From assembly GCA_039028615.1 (NCBI GenBank), contig JBCCHT010000002.1, forward strand, positions 320,001 through 384,000: a stretch of DNA of 64,000 nt, in the 5' to 3' direction. Positions 1 to 10,370 of the stretch are shown one piece after another. How positions within the stretch are numbered: the stretch's first letter is position 1; every line of letters starts with the position of its first letter. Made by a program: the position numbers and the translations under genes. This DNA is from Myxococcota bacterium. GTDB lineage: Bacteria; Myxococcota_A; Polyangia; Nannocystales; Nannocystaceae. The notes under the pieces were generated by a model. The model searched no databases. It had not been told where the DNA came from and worked only from the letters and a program-made list of their open reading frames with translations.

Positions 1-379
1 GCTCGTGCGCGGAGGCCAGGGCGCGGAGATGTTCCCCATCCCCCTGCGCGGGGCCGAGTTCTACCTGCCCGGCAACCCCACCACCTGGATGGACGCCGAC
101 GGCCCACTCATCGATGTCGAGATGGACATCGAGGGCTTCAACGATGGCGTGGGCGGACACTTCAAGCGCATCGCCAACTACCAGCTCGACTGGGTGGTGC
201 TCGAAGACGGCACCTACGAGTCTTCGTTCGTACCATTTCTGATGCCCGATGGGGTGGACAGCGCGGACATCAACGGCCTGCCGGCTCACCTCACGGTACG
301 GGTGCGGCCCTTGAATCAAGCCACGCTCGAGGCCGAGCTCGACGTCGTCGTGTTCGTCGACGAAGCCATCGACAACTAG
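1..379 (+). CDS. 3' part of hypothetical protein, probably truncated by the window edge
   Basis: Open frame from the window edge to TAG at 377-379 with GC3-rich codons; no family recognised. Confidence 0.6.
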   Translation, partial: LVRGGQGAEMFPIPLRGAEFYLPGNPTTWMDADGPLIDVEMDIEGFNDGVGGHFKRIANYQLDWVVLEDGTYESSFVPFLMPDGVDSADINGLPAHLTVRVRPLNQATLEAELDVVVFVDEAIDN

Positions 380-549
380 CGCGCACCACCGATCGCAAAT
401 GCCGTTTCCACAGCACCCAACGCTGTGCGAATCGGCATACACGTAGTCGTCCCAAAGGAGGACTACGCCTCGCGTCGAAAATCGCCGTTTGATTGCGGGG
501 GGCGACGAACCGTGCGGACGGTTCGACATGCTCGTAGTGACGGACGCGA

Positions 550-3500
550 TTGGTGAGTGATCGAGACAGTCTGCCGAAGCGCCTCGCCGATCGCTTCGTG
601 GTCGAGGACCTCATCGGCCAAGGCGCCATGGGGCAGGTGTTTCGGGTCTTCGACGAGCACGAAGGCCGTCGTGTCGCGCTGAAGCTGCTCAAGCCAGAGC
701 TGAGCCAGGCGCACCAGCTGCATCGGTTCAAGCGCGAGTTCCGAGCCGCGGCCCGACTCGACCATCCCCACTGCGTCCGCAGCTACGAGTTCCTCGAGCG
801 CGACGGCTTGGCCATGCTGACCATGCAGTACGTCGAGGGCGGGGCGCTGACGCTCGAGCGCATGGAGCCGCTCGCCGTGCTTCGCCTGGGGCTCCAGCTG
901 CTGGCGGGGCTCGACCACATCCACGGCAAGCGCTTGGTCCACCGTGATCTCAAGCCGGGCAACATCCTGATCGACCGCTCGCAACCGATCCCGTGCGCGC
1001 GGCTGGCCGACTTCGGCATCGCGGGCGCGATGGACTTGGTGCACGAGGACACCACGGTCGGCTTAGTCCAGGGCTCGCTGCGCTACCTGGCTCCCGAGAC
1101 GCTCCGGGGCGGCGGGGCCGATCCGCGCGCGGACCAGTACTCGCTCGGGCTCATCCTCTATGCGCTGCTCGTGGGCCAGCATCCCTTCAGCGGGGCCGCA
1201 CGCTCGCTTCGGCAGTGGCTGGCGATCCATCGTCGCGGCCGAATCCGTCCTCTCGATCACCTGCGACCAGATCTCCCCGCGGCGTTGGTGCAGGCGATTC
1301 ACCGCATGTGCCATCGCGAAGCCAACGAGCGATTCGACGACGCCGCCTTGGCCCACGACGCGCTCGCCGAGGTGTGGCGACAGCTCCCGGACGCGGGTCC
1401 CCTGCCCGAGCATCCTCCGCTGACGCGGCGGCCCTACCTGGTGGCACCGTCCTTCGTCGGTCGGCAGCCCGAGCTCGACGCATTGATGAGCGCCCACGAG
1501 GATGGCCAGGCCGGCCGTGGTCCTCGCGTGATTCGGGTCGTCGGTGAAGCAGGCCGTGGCAAGTCGCGGCTGCTGCGAGAGCTGCTGGTCGAGGTCTTCG
1601 ACAGCGACACGATGATCTTTCCCGGCACCTGCCGCGCGGAGGGAGGCGGCCCCTACGACCCGCTCGGCGACCTGCTGGAGACGCTCGCGGATACCGAGTT
1701 CGATGGCGACGCCACGCCGCTGACGCCCGAGCCGAACTCGACCTCGCCCGCCCACCTCGCGGGGCCCGAGGACGAGACCGCCGACCTGTCGATCGCCGAG
1801 TCGGACTCTCCCCTGTCGATGGTGGCCGAGCTCCGCTCGGACCTGACGCCCCCCGAAGACCCGCTATCCGGTCGAATGCAGGCGCACGCCCGGTGGAGCG
1901 CTCGCCTGCGCCTTTTGTGCCGCATGCGCCCGGTGATGCTCATCATCGAGGACGCGCAGTGGGCCGACCCCGCCACGCTCCAGCTGCTGACCAGCATGGT
2001 GCGCACGGTGGCGATCACCCGCCAGCGCGGGGACTCGGTGCGAGCGAGCTTCGTGATCACGCACCGCCGCTCCGTCGACAACCCCGACCTCGACGCGTTC
2101 ATCGATGCCGCCCGCGAGTACGACGTGCTCACCTCGCTGGACCTGCGCCCGCTGGCGGGCATCGACTCCAAGGGCGTGCTGGCGTCGATGCTGCGCGTGC
2201 CCCCGCCGCAGCTCCCCGACGAGTTCGCCGAGCCCCTGGTCGAGCATGCCGAGGGCAACCCCCTGTTCCTGTCGCAGATGCTCCACTGCTTGCTCGGCCG
2301 CGGCCAGCTGCAGCCCGACGCCAGCGGCGGGTGGAACCTGGACTCTCAGGGCCTGTCCGCGGCCCGACTGCCCCGTAGCGTCGGGATCGCCATCGGAGAG
2401 CAGGCCGCTCGCCTCGCCACCAAGCACCAGCAGATCATGGTGGCGGCCGCCGTGCTCGGGCGTGGCTTCGAAGGCCGGCCGCTCGAGGCCATCACCGGCT
2501 TCGACGAACTGTCCATCCTCGACGGGCTCGACGAGCTGCTGCGCACGGGCTTCATCGAAGACAGCGGCAGCGGCTATCGCTTCGTGCACGATCGGATCCG
2601 CGAGTCGATCTACGCCGCGCTCCCGGCCAGCGAGCGCGTACGCCTGCATCGTCAGGCCGCCGAGCACCTGGTGGACCACGGCGGCGAGCTGCCCAGCTCC
2701 TGGCCGGCCATCGCTCACCACTTCGAACACTCGGGGCGATACGCCGAGGCCTACCGCTACTCGCTGAAGGCCGCCCGCCACGCCTCGGACGAGCATGCCC
2801 ACGGCGCCGCGCTCGGCCACTACGACGCCGCCCTGCGCATGGCCGAACGAGGCGAGCTCGACCCCGACGCGGAGATCTTCGAGTGCCAAGGCGATGCCCA
2901 CAGCGCGCTCGGCCAGTATTCGAAGGCGGTCGACGCCTATGCCCGGTGCCTCGATGGCGCGCCGGAGGGGCTCGGACGCGTGGACCTGCTGAGCAAGCTC
3001 GGCCGAGTCGAGCACAAGCGCGGTCAGTACGAACGGGCGATGAAGGTCTTCGAAGAGGTCCTGGTGGCGATGGGCACCCGGCCGTCCCCCCAAGGGCTGG
3101 TGCTTCGCGTTCAGCTCGTGCTCGCCGTGCTGGCGAGCATGCTGCCGCTGTGGCGCTGGCGAGACAGCGCCCAGCGAGCCGAAGTCATCATCCGTACCCG
3201 CACGCTGCTGTCGGAGTGCTACCTGATGATGGGCGAGATGCTGCAGACCGCCCACCACAGCATCGCGGCCGCGAACCTGGCCCGACGTGCCGGGCCGGGA
3301 CCGGCCGCGACTCGAGCCCTGGCATTCCACGGGATGGGGCTGGTGACCTTCGGCGAGCACCGCATGGGCGGCCGCTACCTGGCCCGGGCCCGGGCCTACG
3401 CCAACGAGACCGAGCTACCCGCGAGTGTGCAGTGCACCATCATGACCTCCGAGGCGCTGGCCCATCTCGCACGCGGCGACACGCACCGCGCGATCGCGAC

Positions 3501-4263
3501 GGCGGAGGCCACGTGGCGTCGCTTCGGTACGGCCGCCAGCGCCGAGGCGAGGGTCGGCTCGCTGACCACGATGAACGTCATCTTGTTGCTCTCGCAGCAC
3601 GACGACCACCGCTGCCACCACTACATTCGGCGCATGCAGGCGCTGGCGGCCGAGCTCGCGGACCCACGCCTGCAGGGCTGGGCGCACCAGCATCGGGCGT
3701 ACCTGCTGCTCCGCCGCGGAGAGCTGACATCCACCCTCGAGCAGCTGCACCAGGGGCTGCGCCTCGCTCGGGAGGCGGGCGACGGCATCATGGCGATCCG
3801 GGCCCAGGATCAGCTCGCGCTCACGCTCGCCCTGCACGGAGACTACGCCGAGGCGCTGCGACGGGGCATGACCGCCACCGCAGACACCCTGGGTCGCCCC
3901 CGCCTCCGACTCCAGCTCGCCATCGACGGAGGGTTCGTGATCGCGGCCGCGCTCGCCCGACGCAACGGACACTCCGTACCCGCGCAGGCCGAGGCGCTGG
4001 TCCGCCAGGTGCTTCGCCGCCGTCGCCGAGATGCCTGTGGGATCCCGACCTCCGCCCTTCAGTTCCGGGTCGCGGAGGCCGCGTGGCACGACGCCAGCGG
4101 CCAGCCCCACGACTTCGACGCCCCGATCGACGCCGCGGAGCGTGCCGGCCTCCACGGCGAGGTCTCGCTGGGGCGAATGATCCGCAGCCGCTTCGACGAG
4201 CGCCCGAGCGCCCCCGAACCGACGACGTCGGCGCCCATCGAGCGAGCCCCACCTCCGGCCTGA
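550..4263 (+). CDS. Ser/Thr protein kinase fused to AAA/STAND-like ATPase and TPR-like helical region
   Basis: GQGAMG, VALK, HRDLKPGN, DFG and APE kinase motifs; Walker A GEAGRGKS, Walker B IIEDAQWAD, GNPLF motif; helical repeats at the C-terminus. Confidence 0.93.
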   Translation: MVSDRDSLPKRLADRFVVEDLIGQGAMGQVFRVFDEHEGRRVALKLLKPELSQAHQLHRFKREFRAAARLDHPHCVRSYEFLERDGLAMLTMQYVEGGALTLERMEPLAVLRLGLQLLAGLDHIHGKRLVHRDLKPGNILIDRSQPIPCARLADFGIAGAMDLVHEDTTVGLVQGSLRYLAPETLRGGGADPRADQYSLGLILYALLVGQHPFSGAARSLRQWLAIHRRGRIRPLDHLRPDLPAALVQAIHRMCHREANERFDDAALAHDALAEVWRQLPDAGPLPEHPPLTRRPYLVAPSFVGRQPELDALMSAHEDGQAGRGPRVIRVVGEAGRGKSRLLRELLVEVFDSDTMIFPGTCRAEGGGPYDPLGDLLETLADTEFDGDATPLTPEPNSTSPAHLAGPEDETADLSIAESDSPLSMVAELRSDLTPPEDPLSGRMQAHARWSARLRLLCRMRPVMLIIEDAQWADPATLQLLTSMVRTVAITRQRGDSVRASFVITHRRSVDNPDLDAFIDAAREYDVLTSLDLRPLAGIDSKGVLASMLRVPPPQLPDEFAEPLVEHAEGNPLFLSQMLHCLLGRGQLQPDASGGWNLDSQGLSAARLPRSVGIAIGEQAARLATKHQQIMVAAAVLGRGFEGRPLEAITGFDELSILDGLDELLRTGFIEDSGSGYRFVHDRIRESIYAALPASERVRLHRQAAEHLVDHGGELPSSWPAIAHHFEHSGRYAEAYRYSLKAARHASDEHAHGAALGHYDAALRMAERGELDPDAEIFECQGDAHSALGQYSKAVDAYARCLDGAPEGLGRVDLLSKLGRVEHKRGQYERAMKVFEEVLVAMGTRPSPQGLVLRVQLVLAVLASMLPLWRWRDSAQRAEVIIRTRTLLSECYLMMGEMLQTAHHSIAAANLARRAGPGPAATRALAFHGMGLVTFGEHRMGGRYLARARAYANETELPASVQCTIMTSEALAHLARGDTHRAIATAEATWRRFGTAASAEARVGSLTTMNVILLLSQHDDHRCHHYIRRMQALAAELADPRLQGWAHQHRAYLLLRRGELTSTLEQLHQGLRLAREAGDGIMAIRAQDQLALTLALHGDYAEALRRGMTATADTLGRPRLRLQLAIDGGFVIAAALARRNGHSVPAQAEALVRQVLRRRRRDACGIPTSALQFRVAEAAWHDASGQPHDFDAPIDAAERAGLHGEVSLGRMIRSRFDERPSAPEPTTSAPIERAPPPA

Positions 4264-4275
4264 GTCGGTCGCACG

Positions 4276-5241
4276 CTACGGTGCCAAGCAGACGCCCACG
4301 TCTTCGAATCCCGGAGGCGCGCTGCCCTCTTCGTAGTAGGGCGAGCACGACTGGCCGGGCAGGCACGTCGCGCCCATGTCTCCGACGGCGCAGAACGAGG
4401 TGCAACAGCCCAGGTCGAAGCACTCGGGCACGAACTTGCCGGGGACGCACATGGTGCCGGGATCGCAGTCGTTGATGAACATACAGGGGTCCGCGGGCTG
4501 CCCCGCGTCGCCCGAGTCGTCGACGATGCAGGCGAAGCTGCTGGAGGTCCCGACCGGGTAGCAACCGCTCCCTTCGGGGCACGTCTGTGCGAGCGGATCA
4601 CAGGTGGAAAAACACAGCGCCAATACCCCGTCGCCCGTGATCGAGCACATCGATCCCTCGTCCTCGCACGCGGGCTTCTCCGGGGAACCGACGCACATGG
4701 CGATGCACTCGCCTTCGTTGGTCTCCTCGTCGACGTCCCAGCACATCGCCCCCAGCTCGCAGGAGTCGATGCCGCTGAAGGCATTGCCCTCGACCGTGCA
4801 CGGCTCGCCCGCGGCTCCGGGCTCGCGCGCGATGGGGCTGCAGCGCAGCGCGTTCCAGGTGCCGCCCCCATCGTTGGACCACGGCATGCACTTTTCGCCG
4901 CGCGGGCAGTCTTGCGCAAAGAGGTCGCACTCGTCCCCGCCGAAGCCGTCGTCCAAGCCGGGATCGAGGAATCCGACCCCATCATCGGTGCTGGTATCGC
5001 TGGAGCTGTCGAGGGGCGGCGGCGTGGTGGTGGAGGTGGCGGGGGGCACCGACGTGGTCGCGGGCGGAACCCCGGTCGTGGAGCTCGGTGGTGGGGTCGT
5101 GGTGGCCGCCGGAGCGTCGTCGCCGGAGCTGCTCGCGTCGGCACCTCCCGTGTCGAGCGCCACCGTGGGACCACAACCCCACGCCAACCCGCTCAGCACG
5201 CCGAGCGCCAACCACCAGTGAACTCGCGGCCTCATCCCCAC
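4276..5241 (-). CDS. Cys-rich lipoprotein of myxobacterial type
   Basis: Signal peptide with lipobox-like LAWGC, Thr/Pro/Ser linker, then Cys-rich repeats (CDLFAQDCPRGEKC, CDPLAQTCPEGSGC). Confidence 0.85.
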   Translation of the reverse strand: MGMRPRVHWWLALGVLSGLAWGCGPTVALDTGGADASSSGDDAPAATTTPPPSSTTGVPPATTSVPPATSTTTPPPLDSSSDTSTDDGVGFLDPGLDDGFGGDECDLFAQDCPRGEKCMPWSNDGGGTWNALRCSPIAREPGAAGEPCTVEGNAFSGIDSCELGAMCWDVDEETNEGECIAMCVGSPEKPACEDEGSMCSITGDGVLALCFSTCDPLAQTCPEGSGCYPVGTSSSFACIVDDSGDAGQPADPCMFINDCDPGTMCVPGKFVPECFDLGCCTSFCAVGDMGATCLPGQSCSPYYEEGSAPPGFEDVGVCLAP

Positions 5242-5392
5242 ACCCTACCACCAAAGAGCAGTAAAGTTAGTTTTAGTTTCGACCCCTGGGGCTGCTGCGT
5301 TCGGCTGTGACCTGGGAGATTCAGGCCAGAATGTACTGGAAACGGCACTCATCGCCGTGTCCGGCGACCGTTGGCGCCCATTCCGTAAACTA

Positions 5393-6571
5393 CTAAAGCG
5401 AACGAAGTTCCTTCAGCAGAAGCGAGCCGTAGCGCTCCATCTCCCACTCGTCGAGAGCACCGCAGGCCTTCAGCTCGGATTCGTTCTCCGGCATGGCCGA
5501 CGCCAGCACGATCAGCGCCTCCTTGCCGATGATGATGTCGGGCGCCATGTCGAGCTTGTCGGCCATCGCCTTGCGCCACCCTCGGAGCTCGTCGAAGCGC
5601 TTGCGTTCGTCTCGCGGCATGCCCCGTTCGATCGGCGGCGGCGTCGGGGACTCGCCGTCGAGCCCCGCTTCGATGGCGGCCCTGAGCCGCGCGCGCCCCT
5701 TGCCGCGGAGCCGCGGGTGCACCCCTCGGATCTGCGCGAGCGATTGGGCGTTGGCAGGGGGCTTCTTGGCGAGCGACACGAGCAACGCATCGGCCATGAC
5801 CCGAAACACGGGACGATCGATCTCCTGCGCCACCGCTTCGCGAAGTTGATAGAGCGCCATGAAGACGCCGCGCCCCTCCGGCGGCAGATCTCGCGCGCCC
5901 TTGATCCGCCATGCCCCGAGCGTCTCGGCCTTGGTCGGACGCGGCTCGACCCGGGTCTGTCGCAAGCAGGCATGCTCGAAGATGTCCTCGCGCTCGATGG
6001 CCTTCAGATCGGCGCGCTGTTGATCGGCGAGCTCGAGCAGGAAATGCGTGTCGTAACGAGCGTAGTCGAGCGCATGCTCGGGCAGCGGGCGCTCCCCCCA
6101 GTCGAAGCGCTGCATCTTCTTGTTCGCCCGAAACCCGTGGCTCTCGGCGAGGATCGATCCCAACCCGTAGGCGGCCCATCCCAGAACGCGAGCCGCAATC
6201 ATCGTGTCGAAGAGCCCCGCAAATGCGAAGCCGTGCTGACGCTTGAAACACAGGATGTCGTAGTCGGCGCCATGCATGACCTTCGTGATCGCCGGGTCGG
6301 CGAGGACCGGGCCGAGCGGGCTCAAGTCGACGACCAGGGGATCCACCAGGGCATCGCGGCCGGGCACCGAAACCTGCACGAGGCAGATTCGCTCCCGATA
6401 GGCGTGCATGCTGTTGGACTCGGTATCCAGAGCAAAACGCGGCGCCGTCTTCAGCTCGTCGACCAACGCCTCGAACTGCGCGTCGGTCTCGATCATGCTC
6501 CAGTTTCCGTGTTGGGAAGGGCCCGGGGTGGACACGCTGCGCATGCTACCTCGCGGACCGCAGATTCCCAC
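5393..6571 (-). CDS. rnd: Ribonuclease D (DEDDy exonuclease plus HRDC domains); true start may be slightly downstream
   Basis: ALDTES, CLVQV, MHGADYD, FDTMIAA, DWGERPL, YARYD motifs; two HRDC-like segments. Confidence 0.9.
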   Translation of the reverse strand: MGICGPRGSMRSVSTPGPSQHGNWSMIETDAQFEALVDELKTAPRFALDTESNSMHAYRERICLVQVSVPGRDALVDPLVVDLSPLGPVLADPAITKVMHGADYDILCFKRQHGFAFAGLFDTMIAARVLGWAAYGLGSILAESHGFRANKKMQRFDWGERPLPEHALDYARYDTHFLLELADQQRADLKAIEREDIFEHACLRQTRVEPRPTKAETLGAWRIKGARDLPPEGRGVFMALYQLREAVAQEIDRPVFRVMADALLVSLAKKPPANAQSLAQIRGVHPRLRGKGRARLRAAIEAGLDGESPTPPPIERGMPRDERKRFDELRGWRKAMADKLDMAPDIIIGKEALIVLASAMPENESELKACGALDEWEMERYGSLLLKELRSL

Positions 6572-6678
6572 CGCTCCGTGTAAACCCCCCGTGCACCATG
6601 GCGCTACGACCGATCGGGGCCGTCCTCTCGGGGTAACCGTGTCTGGCTCGAATCGCGCCCCTGGGGCATGATCAGCGC

Positions 6679-9510
6679 GTGTCGCACGAGTCGACCTTGT
6701 TCGATGATCGGCGCGAGCTCAGCAGTGCTTCGCTCGACCACGACGACACGAACGTAGACGGGGTCACGGCCCGAGACCCCGAGCCGATCGAGCTTCGACG
6801 CGGCGAGACCATGGGCCGCTACGTCCTGCTCGATCCGATCGGTCGCGGCGGGATGGGGGTGGTGTACGCCGCCTACGATCCCGAGCTCGACCGCCGCATC
6901 GCACTCAAGCTGCTGCGCGCCGAGAAGAACGACGCCAAGGGCAGCGCCCGCCTGGCCCGCGAGGCGCAGGCGATGGCCAAGCTCGTGCACCCCAACGTGG
7001 CCACCGTGCACGACGTGGGCAGCTTCCACGGCGAGGGCGTGTTCGTGGCGATGGAGCTCGTCGACGGCTCGGACCTCCGCACCTGGCTCAAGCGCCCGCG
7101 CGAGTGGACCGAGGTCATCGCCGTGTTCCTGCAGGCGGGCCGGGGCCTCATGGCCGCGCACCGGGTCGGGCTCATCCATCGCGACTTCAAGCCGGGCAAC
7201 GTGCTGCTCAGCGATCGCGGCGAGGTGAAGGTCGTCGACTTCGGGCTCGCCCGCCAGCTCGAGTCCAGCCTCGACAGCCACGAGATGCGCATGCTGGCCG
7301 ACCTCGAGTCGAGCGGCTCGATCAGCCAGCGCATCAAGGAGGACGTGACCCGAACCGGAGCCTTGATGGGCACCCCCGCCTATATGGCTCCCGAGCAGCA
7401 CGCCCGCCGCTCGCTCGATGCCCGCACCGATCAATTCTCGTTTTGCGTTGCGCTCTACGAGGCGCTGTTCCAGCGGCCGCCCGTCGAAGGGCATAGTCGC
7501 GTCGCGTTGGCCATGGCCACCAACCGGGGCGAGGTTCGGCCACCCCCCAAGGGGCACTCGATCCCGGCTCGGATCACGCGCGCGGTGTACCGCGGCTTGT
7601 CGCCCAAGGCCGCCGATCGCTTCCCCAGCATGGCCGAGCTGCTGGCCGAGCTCAGTTACGACCCCGGACGTCAGCGCATGCGACTGGCGGCCGGTGTGGG
7701 CGCGACCGTCCTGCTGGCGGCGGGCATCTACGGCTATGTACGGGGCCCCGAGTCCAAGCCGACCGAGGACCCACAGTGCCCCGACCCGCAGGCGGCCCTC
7801 GCCGACGTCTGGGACGACGGTCGTCGCGACACGCTGACCAAGGCCTTCGAGCGGAGCCCCCTGCCCTACGCGGTGGACACCAGCAAGTTCGTGATCGAGC
7901 GCCTCGATCGTTGGTCCGACGAGTGGGCCACGGCGCGACACGAAGCCTGCGAAGCGACGATCGTCCACGAGACCCAGCCCAAGACCACGATGGAGCTGCG
8001 CACCCACTGCCTCGATCGACAGCGCAAGGACCTGGCAGCCGTGGCCCAGCTGCTGATCGAGGCCGACACCAGCACCATCGAGCGCGCGGATCGACTCACC
8101 GCCTCGCTCCCCGCCACCGCCGCCTGTGCCGACGTCGATGCCCTCAACCGGCTCCCACCGCCCACGGATCTGGCGACCCGCGAGGTGGTCGAGACCGTCC
8201 GTGATCAGCTGAGCGAGATCCGAGCGCTACGGGCCGCGGGTCGATACCGGGTGGGATTCGAACGCGCGGGCGAGACGCGGGACCTCGCGCTGACCACCGG
8301 GTACAAGCCGGTCATCGCCGAGACGCTGTCCATCTTGGGCAACCTCCAGAACAACGTCGGCAACCGGGCCGATGGCGAGACGACCTTGCACGCGGCCGCC
8401 CAGGCGGCCACGGAGGCCCGCTACGATCAGATCCTGGTCACCGCCTGGCTCGACCTGGCGTGGAACCTGAGCATCGGCCAAAACCGCCACGACGAAGGCC
8501 TGCGCTTCACCGAGTACGCCGACGCGGTCATCACCCGCATGGGGCGACCCGAGTGGCTGCGGACCAACCTGCAGTGCACCGAGGGCAACATCAAGTGGGA
8601 GCGGCAGGACACCGAGGAGGCCCTGGTGCTGCTGCAGGCCTGCCTCGACGGGCGCCTGCGCCAGGACCCCCGCCACCCGCAGCTCGCCACCACGATGACC
8701 TATGTCGGTAACGTGCTGATCGACCTGGGCCGGCTCGACGACGCCGAGAAGGCCTTCCGCGACGCGCTCGAGGCCGCCATCTCCACGCACGGCCTCAAGC
8801 ACCCGCTGGTCGCGTCGTCCTACAACGGCCTCGGGGTCGTGTTCTATCACCAGCAGCGCCTCGCCGACGCGGAGGCGCAGTACCAGCAGGCCTACGAGCT
8901 CAACCTCGAGCTGCTCGGCCCCGACGATCCGGCCCTGCTGTACTCGCTGGGGAACATCGCCAACTGCCGACGCGAACGCGGCGAGTACAAGAGCGCGCTG
9001 GCGGCGATGCGCAAGGTCGAGCGGCTGGTCCGCAACGGCTTCCCCGCCGAGCACCGCGAGTCGGGCACGACCACCCACAACATCGCCGAGCTGCTCGCCC
9101 TGCTCGACCAGCCCGAAGACGCGCTCGAGCACTACGAGCGAGCGCTGCGGATCCGCATCGCCGTGCACGGGGCCGATGCGCTGTACGTGGCCAACACGCT
9201 CACGGGGCAGGGCGAAACCCTGCTCACCCTCGGGCGGCAGGCCGAGGCCCGCGAGGCGCTGGAGCGGGCCTACGGCATCCGGGAGGCGGCCAAGGACCAC
9301 CGCAAGGACAACTTCGGTCGCACTCGCTTCGCGCTGGGGCGCGCGCTGATGCAGTCGGACAAGGATCCCGCGCGCGCCCGCCAGCTGGTTCGTCAGGCCC
9401 GTCGCGACTACGAGACGATCGACGACAGCGCCCTCAAGCGGGAGCGCCGTGATGCGATGGACCGCTGGCTCGCCGAGCACGACCGCCCGGGCGACGCCAC
9501 GCGCAACTGA
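6679..9510 (+). CDS. Membrane Ser/Thr kinase with Cys-containing domain and TPR repeats
   Basis: GRGGMG, IALK, HRDFKPGN, DFG, TRTGALMGTPAYMAPEQ; one TM segment; TPR repeats with GxxHP spacers. Confidence 0.93.
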   Translation: MSHESTLFDDRRELSSASLDHDDTNVDGVTARDPEPIELRRGETMGRYVLLDPIGRGGMGVVYAAYDPELDRRIALKLLRAEKNDAKGSARLAREAQAMAKLVHPNVATVHDVGSFHGEGVFVAMELVDGSDLRTWLKRPREWTEVIAVFLQAGRGLMAAHRVGLIHRDFKPGNVLLSDRGEVKVVDFGLARQLESSLDSHEMRMLADLESSGSISQRIKEDVTRTGALMGTPAYMAPEQHARRSLDARTDQFSFCVALYEALFQRPPVEGHSRVALAMATNRGEVRPPPKGHSIPARITRAVYRGLSPKAADRFPSMAELLAELSYDPGRQRMRLAAGVGATVLLAAGIYGYVRGPESKPTEDPQCPDPQAALADVWDDGRRDTLTKAFERSPLPYAVDTSKFVIERLDRWSDEWATARHEACEATIVHETQPKTTMELRTHCLDRQRKDLAAVAQLLIEADTSTIERADRLTASLPATAACADVDALNRLPPPTDLATREVVETVRDQLSEIRALRAAGRYRVGFERAGETRDLALTTGYKPVIAETLSILGNLQNNVGNRADGETTLHAAAQAATEARYDQILVTAWLDLAWNLSIGQNRHDEGLRFTEYADAVITRMGRPEWLRTNLQCTEGNIKWERQDTEEALVLLQACLDGRLRQDPRHPQLATTMTYVGNVLIDLGRLDDAEKAFRDALEAAISTHGLKHPLVASSYNGLGVVFYHQQRLADAEAQYQQAYELNLELLGPDDPALLYSLGNIANCRRERGEYKSALAAMRKVERLVRNGFPAEHRESGTTTHNIAELLALLDQPEDALEHYERALRIRIAVHGADALYVANTLTGQGETLLTLGRQAEAREALERAYGIREAAKDHRKDNFGRTRFALGRALMQSDKDPARARQLVRQARRDYETIDDSALKRERRDAMDRWLAEHDRPGDATRN

Positions 9511-9665
9511 GCCGCCCCCCCGTTCGAGGGGCTCGACGTGAACGCGTCGTGCAGCACGATGGAGTCACCATGCGGCTCCCTCGACTCACCGCGCCCTCGC
9601 GAAACGTCTCTGCGAACCATGCGCGAACTCATGGTTCGGGCACCATCGGGCCGCAATCCCACACG

Positions 9666-10028
9666 ATGAACAAGATGTGCACGCGGTGCAGCTACGACGA
9701 GCTGCAGGCTGGAGTCACAGCGACCTCGACGGCGGCGACGGGCAATGCCGCCGAGAATCTCGCACGTCAGGCGGTCCCCAACGGCGCCTCCGGAGTCATC
9801 TGCTCACACTGGCAGAACGCCGACAACGTCAGGTTCGATGCCAACTGTGTCTACAACACGACCGTCCACCGAACGACGCAAGCCCACTGTGCGGGTCGGT
9901 TCCGCGGCTATCACGAGCCGTCTCAGCAACAGCTCAACGCGGAGCAGCAGTCGATCACCGCTGCTCGGAATGCCGTGCCCCAAGGCGCCACGAACGTCGA
10001 CTGCGATACCTGGCGAGCGCGCGCCTAG
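9666..10028 (+). CDS. Small hypothetical Cys-containing protein with internal duplication (120 aa from ATG 9666)
   Basis: Fills the gap between the kinase and the Rdx gene; repeated ARxAVPxGAxxVxCxxW motif supports coding. Confidence 0.6.
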   Translation: MNKMCTRCSYDELQAGVTATSTAATGNAAENLARQAVPNGASGVICSHWQNADNVRFDANCVYNTTVHRTTQAHCAGRFRGYHEPSQQQLNAEQQSITAARNAVPQGATNVDCDTWRARA

Positions 10029-10042
10029 GCCCACCCTGCCGC

Positions 10043-10318
10043 TCAGCGGTCGCTGTGGCCCAAGTCCTTGTCGGGCGCGACCCGGTCGCGGATGAGCTGC
10101 TTGAGCTCTTTGGACTCGGGGAAGCGGCCGGCCTCGGACTTGGCGAAGACGAGCTCGTCGTCGACCCGAACCTCGAAGATGCCGCCGTCGCCGGGCACCA
10201 GGGCAACCTCGCCCAGGTGCTCGCCGAGACTCATCAATAGCTCCTGCGCCATCCAGCCCGCTCGCAGCACGAAGCGGCAGCGCTGGCAGTAGAGAATCTC
10301 GACCCGAGGGCGGGACAT
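10043..10318 (-). CDS. SelT/SelW/SelH (Rdx) family protein, Cys form
   Basis: YCQRC, WMAQELL, GGIFEV, RFPE motifs. Confidence 0.92.
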   Translation of the reverse strand: MSRPRVEILYCQRCRFVLRAGWMAQELLMSLGEHLGEVALVPGDGGIFEVRVDDELVFAKSEAGRFPESKELKQLIRDRVAPDKDLGHSDR

Positions 10319-10370
10319 GACGACGCACTGAAGGGGGCGGACCCACGCGGGGGCCCGCCCTGCTCGGAGC

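Noticed and set aside
10043..10318. Possible selenoprotein (SelW-like)
   Set aside because: Motif is CxxC with no in-frame TGA
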